A stretch of DNA of 64,000 bases, taken from Hyphomicrobium sp. GTDB taxonomy: Bacteria > Pseudomonadota > Alphaproteobacteria > Rhizobiales > Hyphomicrobiaceae. Shown one piece after another: positions 21,842 through 30,398 of this stretch. A program made the translations under genes and the position numbers. Below the pieces are notes generated by a model. The model did no database searches and was not told the DNA's origin. It saw nothing but the letters and a program-made list of their open reading frames with translations. The stretch is from contig JANLPU010000047.1 of the NCBI GenBank assembly GCA_031367425.1, positions 60,932-124,931 on the forward strand. Reading direction: 5' to 3'. Position 1 is the stretch's first letter. The number at the start of each line of letters is the position of its first letter.

Positions 21842-21860
21842 ATCGGATACCTTCCAAATC

Positions 21861-23198
21861 TCAAGCTGTGCCGGCGCGTAGCCAAACCGTTGCATACGAC
21901 ATCAACGCTTCACGGATACCAGCGTGTTCCACCTTGTCGATCGCTTCGCCGATAAAGGATTCGATCAGCAAGGCACGCGCTTCCTTTTGCGGAATGCCGC
22001 GCGACATGCAGTAAAACAGCAAGTCTTCATCGAGTTGCGCCGACGTCGTGCCGTGACCGCAGACGACATCGTCGGCGTAGATTTCGAGTTCCGGCTTGCT
22101 GTCGAACTCAGCGTCCGGCGACAGCATCAAGGCCTGCGCCATTTGCTTGCCATCGGTTTTTTGTGCGTCGGGACGGACGGTGATCTTGCCCTGGAACACG
22201 CCGCGCGCGTGATCGTCAAGCACGCCCTTGAACAGTTCCCGGCTTTCGCAATGAGGCACCGCGTGATCAACGACGAGCGTCGTATCGATGTGCTCGCCGC
22301 CACGCGCCAGATAGGCGCCCGACAGATCAAGCTTGGAATATTCACCCTGGTAGGTAGCAAAGATCTGGTTGCGTGCAAGTCCCTGACCGGCGGTAAACTG
22401 GAAGCCGCGGTAGACCGAGTTTGCCCCGAGGCCAACGTTCCAGTTGGCCAGATGTACCGTGCGGCCGTTATCGACGGCTACTTTGATGTGCGTCAGGTTC
22501 GCGGCCGGTGCGGTCGTGACTTCGGTTAGCGCGTTGATCTGGCCTTCTAGCGTCGCACCCGGCAATACGATATGTGCTTCAAGGATCGTCGCTTCGCTGC
22601 CCTCGCCTGCCGAGATGATGTTACGCACTGCGGTGAAGCGAGCTTCTAGCCCCGCGCGCAAGTGCACAATCAGCAGCGGTTTTTCCGGCTTTGACTTTGC
22701 CGCAATGCGCACGACCGCGCCGTCGGTCATATAGGCCGTGTTCAACGCTTGCACGGCATCGTCTGCGGGACCGGACGTGGCGGCGAGGCCAGCGCCGACT
22801 TTGTCGGGCGCGGTGCTCAGCGATCCGGCCAGCGGTTTCACTTCGATGCCGACAGCGCCCTCGACGTCGGACAACTCCGGCCGAAAGCGGCCGTTGACGA
22901 ACGTGATGCGGTGGGCTTCGACGTGCGCCAGCGGTCCGAGTGCGACGATCAAATCGCCGACGGTGACTTTGGCGGCGTCATCGAGCGACAGCGCGAGTGG
23001 CTCTTTCAAGCCGGCGCGCAAGTCGGTGTATTTCCATTCCTCGACGCGGCGGTGCGGCAGGCCAGAGCCGTTGAAGCGCGTGATCGCGGCGCGGCGTGCG
23101 TCGGCGACCGCCTTGCCGCCGGGAAGCTTCGGGGCTGCCGTTTCGAACGCTTCCGACAGCGCCTGTTCGGTTTTGGTCTTCATTACGGCGACGTTCAT
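21861..23198 (-). CDS. sufD: Fe-S cluster assembly protein SufD
   Basis: 445 aa. The C-terminal block ELEIYADDVVCGHGTTSAQLDEDLLFYCMSRGI is SufD/SufB-like, and it sits between sufC and sufS. Confidence 0.92.
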   Translation of the reverse strand: MNVAVMKTKTEQALSEAFETAAPKLPGGKAVADARRAAITRFNGSGLPHRRVEEWKYTDLRAGLKEPLALSLDDAAKVTVGDLIVALGPLAHVEAHRITFVNGRFRPELSDVEGAVGIEVKPLAGSLSTAPDKVGAGLAATSGPADDAVQALNTAYMTDGAVVRIAAKSKPEKPLLIVHLRAGLEARFTAVRNIISAGEGSEATILEAHIVLPGATLEGQINALTEVTTAPAANLTHIKVAVDNGRTVHLANWNVGLGANSVYRGFQFTAGQGLARNQIFATYQGEYSKLDLSGAYLARGGEHIDTTLVVDHAVPHCESRELFKGVLDDHARGVFQGKITVRPDAQKTDGKQMAQALMLSPDAEFDSKPELEIYADDVVCGHGTTSAQLDEDLLFYCMSRGIPQKEARALLIESFIGEAIDKVEHAGIREALMSYATVWLRAGTA

Positions 23199-23233
23199 TG
23201 CGATACCTTTTAGCGGACTGCGCTGCGCTGTTC

Positions 23234-23403
23234 ATTCCCCTATCCCCTCCTTGGCGGAGCCAAGCTGCGCTTGGACGCGAGAGGGTTGGGGTGAGGGGGA
23301 CGTTTAGTTCCATTAAACCAGTGAGAACGTTCCCCTAATCGGGCCTTCATGCCGAAGGCACGCCTTCAGCATGATGGCCACCTTCTCCCCAGGGGGAGAA
23401 GGG
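23234..23403. repeat. Mosaic palindromic repeat element (GGGGAGAGGG/GGGTGAGGGG family), copy 1, in the sufD-sufC spacer
   Basis: Contains TTCCCCTATCCCCTCC ... GAGAGGGTTGGGGTGAGGGGGA ... CCTTCTCCCCAGGGGGAGAAGGG. Related to the copies at 32921, 63220 and 63719. Confidence 0.8.
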
Positions 23404-23409
23404 AAATCG

Positions 23410-24165
23410 TTAAGCGGCCTTGCCGGCGTAATCGGCGTAGCCTGATTTTTCCAGTTCGAGCGCCAGCTCCTTGCCGCCGGTCTTTTGAATTTTGCCATCC
23501 GACAGCACGTGCACTTTGTCCGGCACGATGTAATTCAGCAGACGCTGATAATGCGTGATGACGAGGAACGCGCGATCCTTCGAGCGCAGCGCGTTGACGC
23601 CTTCGGAGACGATACGCAGCGCGTCGATGTCGAGACCACTGTCGGTCTCATCGAGCACGCACATCGTCGGCTCGAGCATGGCCATCTGCAAAATTTCGGC
23701 GCGCTTCTTTTCGCCGCCCGAGAACCCGACGTTGACGGGGCGCTTCAACATATCGACGTCGATGTTGAGCTTGGCGCCCTTTTCCTTGACGAGCTTCAGG
23801 AATGCCGGCGTCGTCAGTTCGTCCTGCCCGCGCTTCTTACGCAGCGCGTTCGTTGCCGTGCGCAGGAACGTCAGGCCCGCGACGCCTGGAATTTCCATCG
23901 GATATTGAAACGCTAAGAACACGCCTTTGGCGGCGCGCTCGTCGGGCTGCATCTCGAGAATGCTTTCGCCGTTCCAGAGAATGTCGCCGTCCGTCACTTC
24001 ATAGCCGGCGCGGCCTGCGAGCACGTAGGCGAGCGTTGACTTGCCCGAGCCGTTCGGCCCCATGATCGCGTGCACTTCGCCCTTTGGCACTTTGAGCGAC
24101 AGCCCTTTGAGGATGATTTTGTCCTCGTCGCTAAGCTTCACGTGCAGGTTCTTGATTTCGAGCAT
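23410..24165 (-). CDS. sufC: Fe-S cluster assembly ATPase SufC
   Basis: Has Walker [13 protein letters not shown] signature FSGGEKKR and Walker [12 protein letters not shown]. Confidence 0.96.
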   Translation of the reverse strand: MLEIKNLHVKLSDEDKIILKGLSLKVPKGEVHAIMGPNGSGKSTLAYVLAGRAGYEVTDGDILWNGESILEMQPDERAAKGVFLAFQYPMEIPGVAGLTFLRTATNALRKKRGQDELTTPAFLKLVKEKGAKLNIDVDMLKRPVNVGFSGGEKKRAEILQMAMLEPTMCVLDETDSGLDIDALRIVSEGVNALRSKDRAFLVITHYQRLLNYIVPDKVHVLSDGKIQKTGGKELALELEKSGYADYAGKAA

Positions 24166-24175
24166 TTTGTAACGC

Positions 24176-24454
24176 CTATCTCACAGTCTGCTTATACACA
24201 GTGATATCACCAAGTGTTTGACCTGTTGGTCCGACTCCACATTCGTAGTCACCTCTCTCAATATTAGCGTCGTGATTGGCCGTCGCGACTTTTTGAATTA
24301 GCATCCTACAGTTCTCGATAGATCCAACATTCGCGTAGAAAAGCCGCTTCGTAAGATCATTCTTGTTTGGGTAATAATACGCATCAACCTGCTCATCACC
24401 GCACCCCGCCACAAGCAAAGTAGACACGATCATTGACAGCCGGTGCTTCCTCAA
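24176..24454 (-). CDS. Small lipoprotein of unknown function, low-GC, inserted between sufB and sufC
   Basis: [18 protein letters not shown] has the lipobox LVAGC. It starts with TTG, or with an internal ATG. My hand count gives about 46% GC over 240 nt, against more than 60% in the flanks. Confidence 0.6.
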   Translation of the reverse strand: MRKHRLSMIVSTLLVAGCGDEQVDAYYYPNKNDLTKRLFYANVGSIENCRMLIQKVATANHDANIERGDYECGVGPTGQTLGDITVYKQTVR

Positions 24455-24507
24455 CCGACGCGTCCTTTCAGTGCAATACCGATCAGATTCTCAGCCATGA
24501 ACTCTCT
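24451..24507 (-). pseudogene. Diverged remnant copy of the sufB 3' end
   Basis: The translation [17 protein letters not shown] parallels the true SufB C-terminus [19 protein letters not shown] at 24633. The DNA aligns with a 6-nt gap at roughly two-thirds identity. Confidence 0.65.
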
Positions 24508-24572
24508 CATTCCGTCATGGCCGCGGAGGCGGGGATCTGCCCAGGCCAGCGATTGAGCACATGCCGACGCTT

Positions 24573-24603
24573 GGATGGGTCCCGGCCTGCGCCGGGATGA
24601 CGG
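24573..24603. repeat. REP-like GC hairpin (TCCCGGC-ctgc-GCCGGGA)
   Basis: Perfect 7-bp stem within GGATGGGTCCCGGCCTGCGCCGGGATGACGG. Only a single copy was seen in this window. Confidence 0.45.
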
Positions 24604-24632
24604 CACTGGGCGGGCGTGATTGGCGGACATGA

Positions 24633-26102
24633 TCACCCCACACTCCCTTCCAAACTAATCCCGATCAGCTTTTGGGTTTCGGCCATGAACTCCATCGGTA
24701 GATGCTGCAGCACGTCGCGCACGAATCCGTTGACGACGAGCGCGATGGATTCTTCTTTGGAGAGCCCGCGTTGCTGGCAGTAAAACAGCATGTCGTCTGA
24801 GATTTTAGACGTCGTCGCTTCGTGCTCGAAATGCGCCGACGAATTTTTCGCTTCGATGTAAGGCACCGTGTGCGCGCCACACTTGTCGCCGATCAGCAAA
24901 CTATCGCAGTTGGTGAAGTTGCGGACATTCGTCGCCTTGCGATGCGCCGAGACGAGACCGCGATAGGTGTTCTGCGAATGCCCGGCCGCGATGCCCTTGG
25001 AAATGATCCGGCTTGAGGAATTTTTGCCCAGGTGGATCATCTTGGTGCCGCTGTCGACCTGCTGATAGCCGTTCGAAACCGCGATTGAATAGAATTCGCC
25101 GCGCGAGTAATCGCCGCGCAGGATGCAGCTTGGGTACTTCCACGTGATCGCCGAACCGGTCTCGACTTGGGTCCAGGAAATCTTCGAATGATGGCCACGG
25201 CAATCGCCGCGCTTGGTCACGAAGTTGTAAATGCCGCCCTTGCCGTTCTTGTCGCCGGGATACCAGTTCTGCACGGTCGAATATTTGATCTCGGCTTCGT
25301 CCATTGCGATGAGCTCGACGACCGCTGCGTGCAATTGATTCTCGTCGCGCATCGGCGCGGTGCAGCCTTCCAGGTAGGACACGAACGACCCGCGCTCAGC
25401 GATGATCAGCGTGCGCTCGAATTGGCCGGTGTTTTTTTCATTGATACGGAAGTACGTCGACAGCTCCATCGGGCAACGCACGCCCTCAGGAATATAGACG
25501 AACGAGCCATCCGAGAACACGGCCGCATTCAGCGCCGCATAATAATTGTCGGACTGGGGCACGACCGAGCCCAAGTATTTCTTCACGAGTTCGGGATGCT
25601 CGCGCACCGCTTCGGAGAACGAGCAGAAAATGACGCCGACTTTTTTCAGCTCGTCTTTGAAAGTCGTCACCACCGATACGCTGTCGAACACCGCGTCAAC
25701 CGCGACGCGCGACGACGTCACGCCGGCCAGAATTTCCTGCTCTTTGAGCGGAATGCCGAGCTTCTTGTAAGTTGCCAGCAGCTCAGGATCGACCTCGGCC
25801 AAGCTCGAAGGCCCAACCGTCGATTTTGGCGCGGAATAATAATACTGATCCTGAAAATCGATCTTAGGGTAATGAACCTTGGCCCAGTTGGGCTCGGTCA
25901 TCGTCTTCCAGCGCGCAAACGCTTCCAACCGCCACTCGAGCATCCAAGCCGGCTCGTTCTTTTGAGCCGAGATATAACGCACGGTGGATTCGTCCAATCC
26001 CTTGGGCGCTTTGACGCTCTCGATCTTGGTCTCAAAGCCGTACTTGTACTGGTCAACGTCGATGTCTTTGACCTGCGCGATCGTCTCTTTAACTGCGGCC
26101 AT
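24633..26102 (-). CDS. sufB: Fe-S cluster assembly scaffold SufB
   Basis: 489 aa with highly conserved SufB blocks ([21 protein letters not shown], KGDxxxGEFYS-like, HEATTSKI). Confidence 0.97.
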   Translation of the reverse strand: MAAVKETIAQVKDIDVDQYKYGFETKIESVKAPKGLDESTVRYISAQKNEPAWMLEWRLEAFARWKTMTEPNWAKVHYPKIDFQDQYYYSAPKSTVGPSSLAEVDPELLATYKKLGIPLKEQEILAGVTSSRVAVDAVFDSVSVVTTFKDELKKVGVIFCSFSEAVREHPELVKKYLGSVVPQSDNYYAALNAAVFSDGSFVYIPEGVRCPMELSTYFRINEKNTGQFERTLIIAERGSFVSYLEGCTAPMRDENQLHAAVVELIAMDEAEIKYSTVQNWYPGDKNGKGGIYNFVTKRGDCRGHHSKISWTQVETGSAITWKYPSCILRGDYSRGEFYSIAVSNGYQQVDSGTKMIHLGKNSSSRIISKGIAAGHSQNTYRGLVSAHRKATNVRNFTNCDSLLIGDKCGAHTVPYIEAKNSSAHFEHEATTSKISDDMLFYCQQRGLSKEESIALVVNGFVRDVLQHLPMEFMAETQKLIGISLEGSVG

Positions 26103-26148
26103 CTCTCATCCATCTCCTACGTGCGCCATTCGGCGGCATTTATTTCTA

Positions 26149-27804
26149 CTAGGCAGCCCGCGCCGGCTGGCTGACGATTGTTTTCCACGCGGCCAAAAAC
26201 GCCGCGATATCTGCTTCAGTTGTGTTGGGCCCAAGGCTGACGCGGATCGCGCTGCGGGCGAGTTCGCTATCGAGCCCCATGGCTAATAGAACGTGGCTTT
26301 GGCCGACCTTGCCGGACGAACAGGCTGATCCCGCGCTGACCGATACGCCGACCAGATCGAGTTTGATCACGAGGTTCTCAGCGCTTCTGCCGCGTAGCGC
26401 CAGCAACGATGTGTTGGCAAGACGAGGCGACCCGGCGCCGATGATACAGACGTCGGGCGATAGCTCAGCGATGGCACGTTCGAGGTTATCGCGCATTGTG
26501 GCTACCTTCGCCCAGGTTGCGAGCTCGGCTTTCGCCAACGCGGCAGCGCGGCCGAAGCCCACAATGGCGGCGATATTTTCCGTGCCAGCTCGGCGACGGC
26601 GTTCCTGTCCGCCACCGCGAATGAGCGGTTGAATTTCAACGCCATCGCGAATGATCAGCGCGCCGACGCCTTTGGGTCCGCCCATCTTGTGGCCAGAGAT
26701 CGCCAGCATATCGACGCCGAGGTCGCCGATATCAATCGCGATGCGTCCAGCGGCTTGCACAGCATCGGAATGCACCGTGATGCCATGCTCGTGCGCGAAC
26801 GCGCTGAGATCGGCAAGCGGCTGGATCACACCCGTTTCATTGTTGGCCAGTTGCAGGCAGACGAGCGCCCGCCCGAAGTTGCCATCTGATTTCAAAACAT
26901 GTTCGGCGAGCCGTTCAATTGCAACCAAGCCATCCGAGCCGGCCGACAACATGACATGCCGTGAGGCGCCGCTCGCCAGCCGCACAACTGAGCGCGCCTC
27001 CGGCGACATAACTGCGCGCGCCTCCGGCGACACAACGGCGCGCGCCTCCGGCGACGACTTGGGCAGCGACGCCCGAATGCTATCGTGCTCAATGCCGCTG
27101 GCAAAAACCGTGTTCCAGCCCGCCGAAAGCACCCAAGCGTTGGATTCCGTCGCGCCGCTGGTGAAAACCACTTCGGAAACTTTCGCGCCGACCAGCGCCG
27201 CCACCTCTTCGCGTGCGCTCTCGATCAAGCTGCGGGCGCGGCGACCGTCGGCGTGAACGGACGACGAATTGCCAACGCAGTCCATCGCCTCGATCATCGC
27301 TAAGCGCACTTCGCGGCGTAACGGTGCGGTGGCGTTGTAATCGAGATATGCGCGCACGGGCTTTGATCCAGTGCTCGCAGCTTCAGGGCGCGATGCCGTG
27401 AGCTTGCCCGCAACGACATCTTCAAGTGAGACCGATTGAAAAAATGCTGACGTCGTGTGGCTCAGCGCCGACCAAAGCCCGTGCGTGATGCAGGGCTCAG
27501 CCCCGGTACAACCGGCACCTTCACCAGTGCAGCGGGTAAACTTCGTGTCCTCTTCGACGGCCGACATGACGTCGGCGACGGAAATCTGGGCTGCGGGATG
27601 GGCGAGGCGATAACCGCCCGAACGTCCGCGCGCGCTGTCGACAAGGCCGGCGCGGCGCAATTGGACGAAGAGCTGTTCGAGATAAGCCAGCGGAAGCTTC
27701 TGGCGCTCGGCAATCGCGGAGAGCGCGTGCGCCGCACTGCTATCCTGACAAGCGATGTCCGCCATGGCCATGACGGCGTAGCGTCCTCTGGTATTCAATT
27801 CCAC
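26149..27804 (-). CDS. Single ORF fusing an Rrf2/IscR-type regulator (N-terminal ~150 aa) to a NifS/IscS-like class V cysteine desulfurase
   Basis: N-terminus is (V)ELNTRGRYAVMAMADIA...GGYRLA plus the 3-Cys cluster C-x6-C-x5-C. The ORF then continues without a stop into VRAYLDYNATAP...SSVHADG...ISGHKMGGPKGVGALI...SAGSACSSG. A GTG at 27804 has GGAGAT 6 nt upstream; the track start is 27867. Confidence 0.8.
   Translation of the reverse strand: MELNTRGRYAVMAMADIACQDSSAAHALSAIAERQKLPLAYLEQLFVQLRRAGLVDSARGRSGGYRLAHPAAQISVADVMSAVEEDTKFTRCTGEGAGCTGAEPCITHGLWSALSHTTSAFFQSVSLEDVVAGKLTASRPEAASTGSKPVRAYLDYNATAPLRREVRLAMIEAMDCVGNSSSVHADGRRARSLIESAREEVAALVGAKVSEVVFTSGATESNAWVLSAGWNTVFASGIEHDSIRASLPKSSPEARAVVSPEARAVMSPEARSVVRLASGASRHVMLSAGSDGLVAIERLAEHVLKSDGNFGRALVCLQLANNETGVIQPLADLSAFAHEHGITVHSDAVQAAGRIAIDIGDLGVDMLAISGHKMGGPKGVGALIIRDGVEIQPLIRGGGQERRRRAGTENIAAIVGFGRAAALAKAELATWAKVATMRDNLERAIAELSPDVCIIGAGSPRLANTSLLALRGRSAENLVIKLDLVGVSVSAGSACSSGKVGQSHVLLAMGLDSELARSAIRVSLGPNTTEADIAAFLAAWKTIVSQPARAA
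26984..27055. repeat. 3 x 24-bp in-frame tandem repeat inside the cysteine desulfurase part (SPEARAVV x3)
   Basis: ACAACTGAGCGCGCCTCCGGCGAC / ATAACTGCGCGCGCCTCCGGCGAC / ACAACGGCGCGCGCCTCCGGCGAC. Confidence 0.9.
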
Positions 27805-27931
27805 GGCAACATCTCCGGACTGGCGCCGCCTCAAGGGACGGCGAAATCCAATACTTGCGTCCGGCACCCCGGACTGTGCTAAGAGACCGGCCCCGGCAGA
27901 TTAGCGCGCTCATAGAGAGATCGCGCCATTC

Positions 27932-27948
27932 TTTCGAACCGTTCTAAA
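27932..27948. promoter_or_regulatory. Candidate Irr iron-control element (ICE box) upstream of the suf operon
   Basis: TTTCGAACCGTTCTAAA differs at one position from the Bradyrhizobium/Rhizobiales ICE consensus TTTAGAA-N3-TTCTAAA. It lies about 130 nt upstream of the first suf-operon ORF. Confidence 0.55.
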
Positions 27949-28101
27949 CTCACGGTCACTATGTAAATCCTGAGCCCCTAAGTCAAGGATTGAGATGACC
28001 GCGCACGACGAGTTGAAGAGCGGCTCACCGGAAACCCTTTTGAGATGGCAAAAAGTGCCTATCTGTCGCACGCCCCATGCTTATTTTAGAGAAAGTTCGA
28101 C

Positions 28102-28878
28102 ATGCCTGAGCTGATTATCAACGGCCCAGCCGGCCGCATCGAGGCCCGCTATCATCACGAAGGGGCGGCAGATAGCCCGATCGCGCTGATCCTGCACCCC
28201 CATCCGCAGTTCGGCGGCACGATGAATAACCAGGTTGTGTACTCGCTCTATCATACGTTCGCGGCGCGCGGCTTCTCCGTGCTGCGCTTCAATTTCCGCG
28301 GCGTGGGTCGCAGCCAAGGCGTCTGGGACGGTGGCCCGGGCGAACTCGCCGATGCGGCCTCGGCGCTCGATTGGCTTCAGCTCGTCAAGCCTGATGCCCG
28401 CACCTGCTGGATCGCCGGGGTATCGTTTGGAACCTGGATCGCGATGCAGCTGTTGATGCGGCGGCCGGAAATCGACGGCTTTATCTGCGTTGCGCCGCCA
28501 TCGAATTTGTATGACTTTTCGTTCCTGGCGCCCTGCCCGTCGTCCGGCCTGATGGTCAATGGCGACAAGGATCGTGTGGTGCCGACCGCCGCTGTCGCTG
28601 AAATGTCGGTCAAGTTGAAGACTCAAAAAGGCATCAAGATCACGCACGAGATTATCCCCGGTGCCAACCATTTCTTCGAAAACAAAATCGACGAACTGGG
28701 CAAGTTGATCGGCACTTACGTCGACGAGCGGATGGTCCAGTTCGAAAAAGATCGCGCGCGCGATAAGGAACGCGAACGCGAGCGTGAACGCGAACGGCAG
28801 CGCCAGCGCGATATTGAAAAGACCGAAACCCAGAGCGCTCCGGTGGCAGACGCAGGCGGGGGCGACGACGACGAGTGA
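28102..28878 (+). CDS. Alpha/beta hydrolase (COG2945-like) with an Arg/Glu-repeat C-terminal tail
   Basis: LILHPHPQFGGTMNNQVV, nucleophile elbow GVSFG and GDKDRVVP. The tail reads RDKERERERERERQRQRDIEK. Confidence 0.8.
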   Translation: MPELIINGPAGRIEARYHHEGAADSPIALILHPHPQFGGTMNNQVVYSLYHTFAARGFSVLRFNFRGVGRSQGVWDGGPGELADAASALDWLQLVKPDARTCWIAGVSFGTWIAMQLLMRRPEIDGFICVAPPSNLYDFSFLAPCPSSGLMVNGDKDRVVPTAAVAEMSVKLKTQKGIKITHEIIPGANHFFENKIDELGKLIGTYVDERMVQFEKDRARDKERERERERERQRQRDIEKTETQSAPVADAGGGDDDE

Positions 28879-29088
28879 GATCTGCCCGCCAGACGGCAGG
28901 GGCCGACACTGGGACACTGGGACACTGGGCTGCCCCGCGCCGCCTTGTTTCAATTTCATCTCTAATTTTCACAACAGTAATGCGTCAGTCTTCAGGACAA
29001 AGACTATCTGTTCCATTAGGGTGATCGCAACGGGCCTGTTGCCCGCTCGACCAAGCGCGAAACGCTTCGGGGTGAATGGGATTTCCCA

Positions 29089-30081
29089 ATGGCTGCGGCT
29101 GTTCTAATCTTGGGCCCGCCCGCGATCGCTCTGGCTTTGCTATGCTGGATGACTATTCTACCGCGCGTAGCTGGCCGACGCGGCACTACGAGCGGGGCTG
29201 GTAATCACGATCTGCAAATAGCCCTCGAGGCCCACATTCGGGCCGTCGCCAGCCAACCTCACAATATGCAATATCCAGAGGCCCTGGAATTCGCCGCGCG
29301 TTATATCGAACAGCAAATCCGAGCGTTCGGGCGAACACCCGCTGTGCAACATTTCGACGTCGATGGCGTGACGGTTCGCAACATCGAAATTGTGTTCGAG
29401 CCAGCCAAGCCGACGACCGTAGGCGAAACGATCGTCATCGGCGCGCACTACGATGCCGACGGCAACAGCCCCGGTGCCCATGACAACGGCACCGGGGTCG
29501 CTGCACTGCTGGCCATCGGGCGCGCGCTCGCGCTCGATCCACCAACGGCCAGCGCCAAGCGCCTGCGCGTCGTATTTTTCGTCAACGAAGAACAGCCCTA
29601 CGGCAAAACACCAGACATGGGGTCGTGGCGGCACGCCATGGCACTCAAGGCAGCGGGCGAAAAAGTCGGCGGGATGATCGCGCTCGAAACGCTGGGATTT
29701 TTTTCCGACACGCCGGACAGCCAAAGGCTACCTTTTCCATTCAATCTCATTTACCCAAAAGTCGGCTACTTCGTCGCGTTCGTCGGGCTTCCCGGCTCGC
29801 GAAAGTTTTTGGCCCGCACCGTTGCGGCGTTTCGAGGCTCAAGCGATTTTCCTTCGACGGGGACGTGCGTTCCAGATTTCATCGAAGGCGCCGACCTGTC
29901 CGATCACTGGGCCTATCGGCAGGCGGGCTATGCCGCGATCATGGTGACCGACACCGCGATCTATCGCAATCCATTTTATCATCAGACCTATGATCGGCCA
30001 GAGACCGTCAACTATGCAGCACTCGCGGAAATTACGCGCGGCATTGAAGGGTGCGTGCGCGCGTTGATCGCGCAGAAGTAA
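29089..30081 (+). CDS. M28 family metallopeptidase (membrane-anchored)
   Basis: It has an N-terminal TM helix and the motifs GAHYDADGNSPGAHDNGTGVAALLAIGRAL and SDHWAY, which are M28 zinc-ligand blocks. Confidence 0.8.
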   Translation: MAAAVLILGPPAIALALLCWMTILPRVAGRRGTTSGAGNHDLQIALEAHIRAVASQPHNMQYPEALEFAARYIEQQIRAFGRTPAVQHFDVDGVTVRNIEIVFEPAKPTTVGETIVIGAHYDADGNSPGAHDNGTGVAALLAIGRALALDPPTASAKRLRVVFFVNEEQPYGKTPDMGSWRHAMALKAAGEKVGGMIALETLGFFSDTPDSQRLPFPFNLIYPKVGYFVAFVGLPGSRKFLARTVAAFRGSSDFPSTGTCVPDFIEGADLSDHWAYRQAGYAAIMVTDTAIYRNPFYHQTYDRPETVNYAALAEITRGIEGCVRALIAQK

Positions 30082-30087
30082 TGTTTC

Positions 30088-30357
30088 TCAACCCTGTTTC
30101 ATGCGGTGCCAACCCCAGATCGCGGCAATGCTGCCAAACACGATCGGCGCCCCGCACATGATCGCCAGCATTTTCCAATAGCGGGCAGGATCGCCCGCCA
30201 GCGTTACCGTTTGCGTGACCGTATCAGCGCCGGTGCCATAGCTGTAGGCGATTGACCCCGTCGTGATGGCACCGAGCAAAATTGCCCCGCCGAGCAGCGC
30301 GAGGCACACGCCGATGAAAACGAGCGCGACCGGCAAGACCAATTTGAAGACGGACAT
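30088..30357 (-). CDS. Small membrane protein (2-3 TM), unknown function
   Basis: MSVFKLVLPVALVFIGVCLALLGGAILLGAI... is read from the ATG at 30357. The track ORF starts at a TTG at 30402. Confidence 0.5.
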   Translation of the reverse strand: MSVFKLVLPVALVFIGVCLALLGGAILLGAITTGSIAYSYGTGADTVTQTVTLAGDPARYWKMLAIMCGAPIVFGSIAAIWGWHRMKQG

Positions 30358-30398
30358 CAAGTGACCTTTGCTGGGACTGATCCGGGGCGGATAGAAGT

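Noticed and set aside
20690-21955. 421-aa ORF antisense to sufS
   Set aside because: It is a shadow ORF. sufS on the minus strand has all PLP-enzyme motifs.
24451-24636. 61-aa ORF between sufB and the lipoprotein gene, considered as a real small gene
   Set aside because: Its C-terminus is a decayed copy of the SufB C-terminus, and the remainder is translated from a REP-like hairpin (SSRRRPGPIQ). It is better explained as a recombination scar than as a gene.
25167-26174. 335-aa ORF antisense to sufB
   Set aside because: It is a shadow ORF opposite a highly conserved gene.
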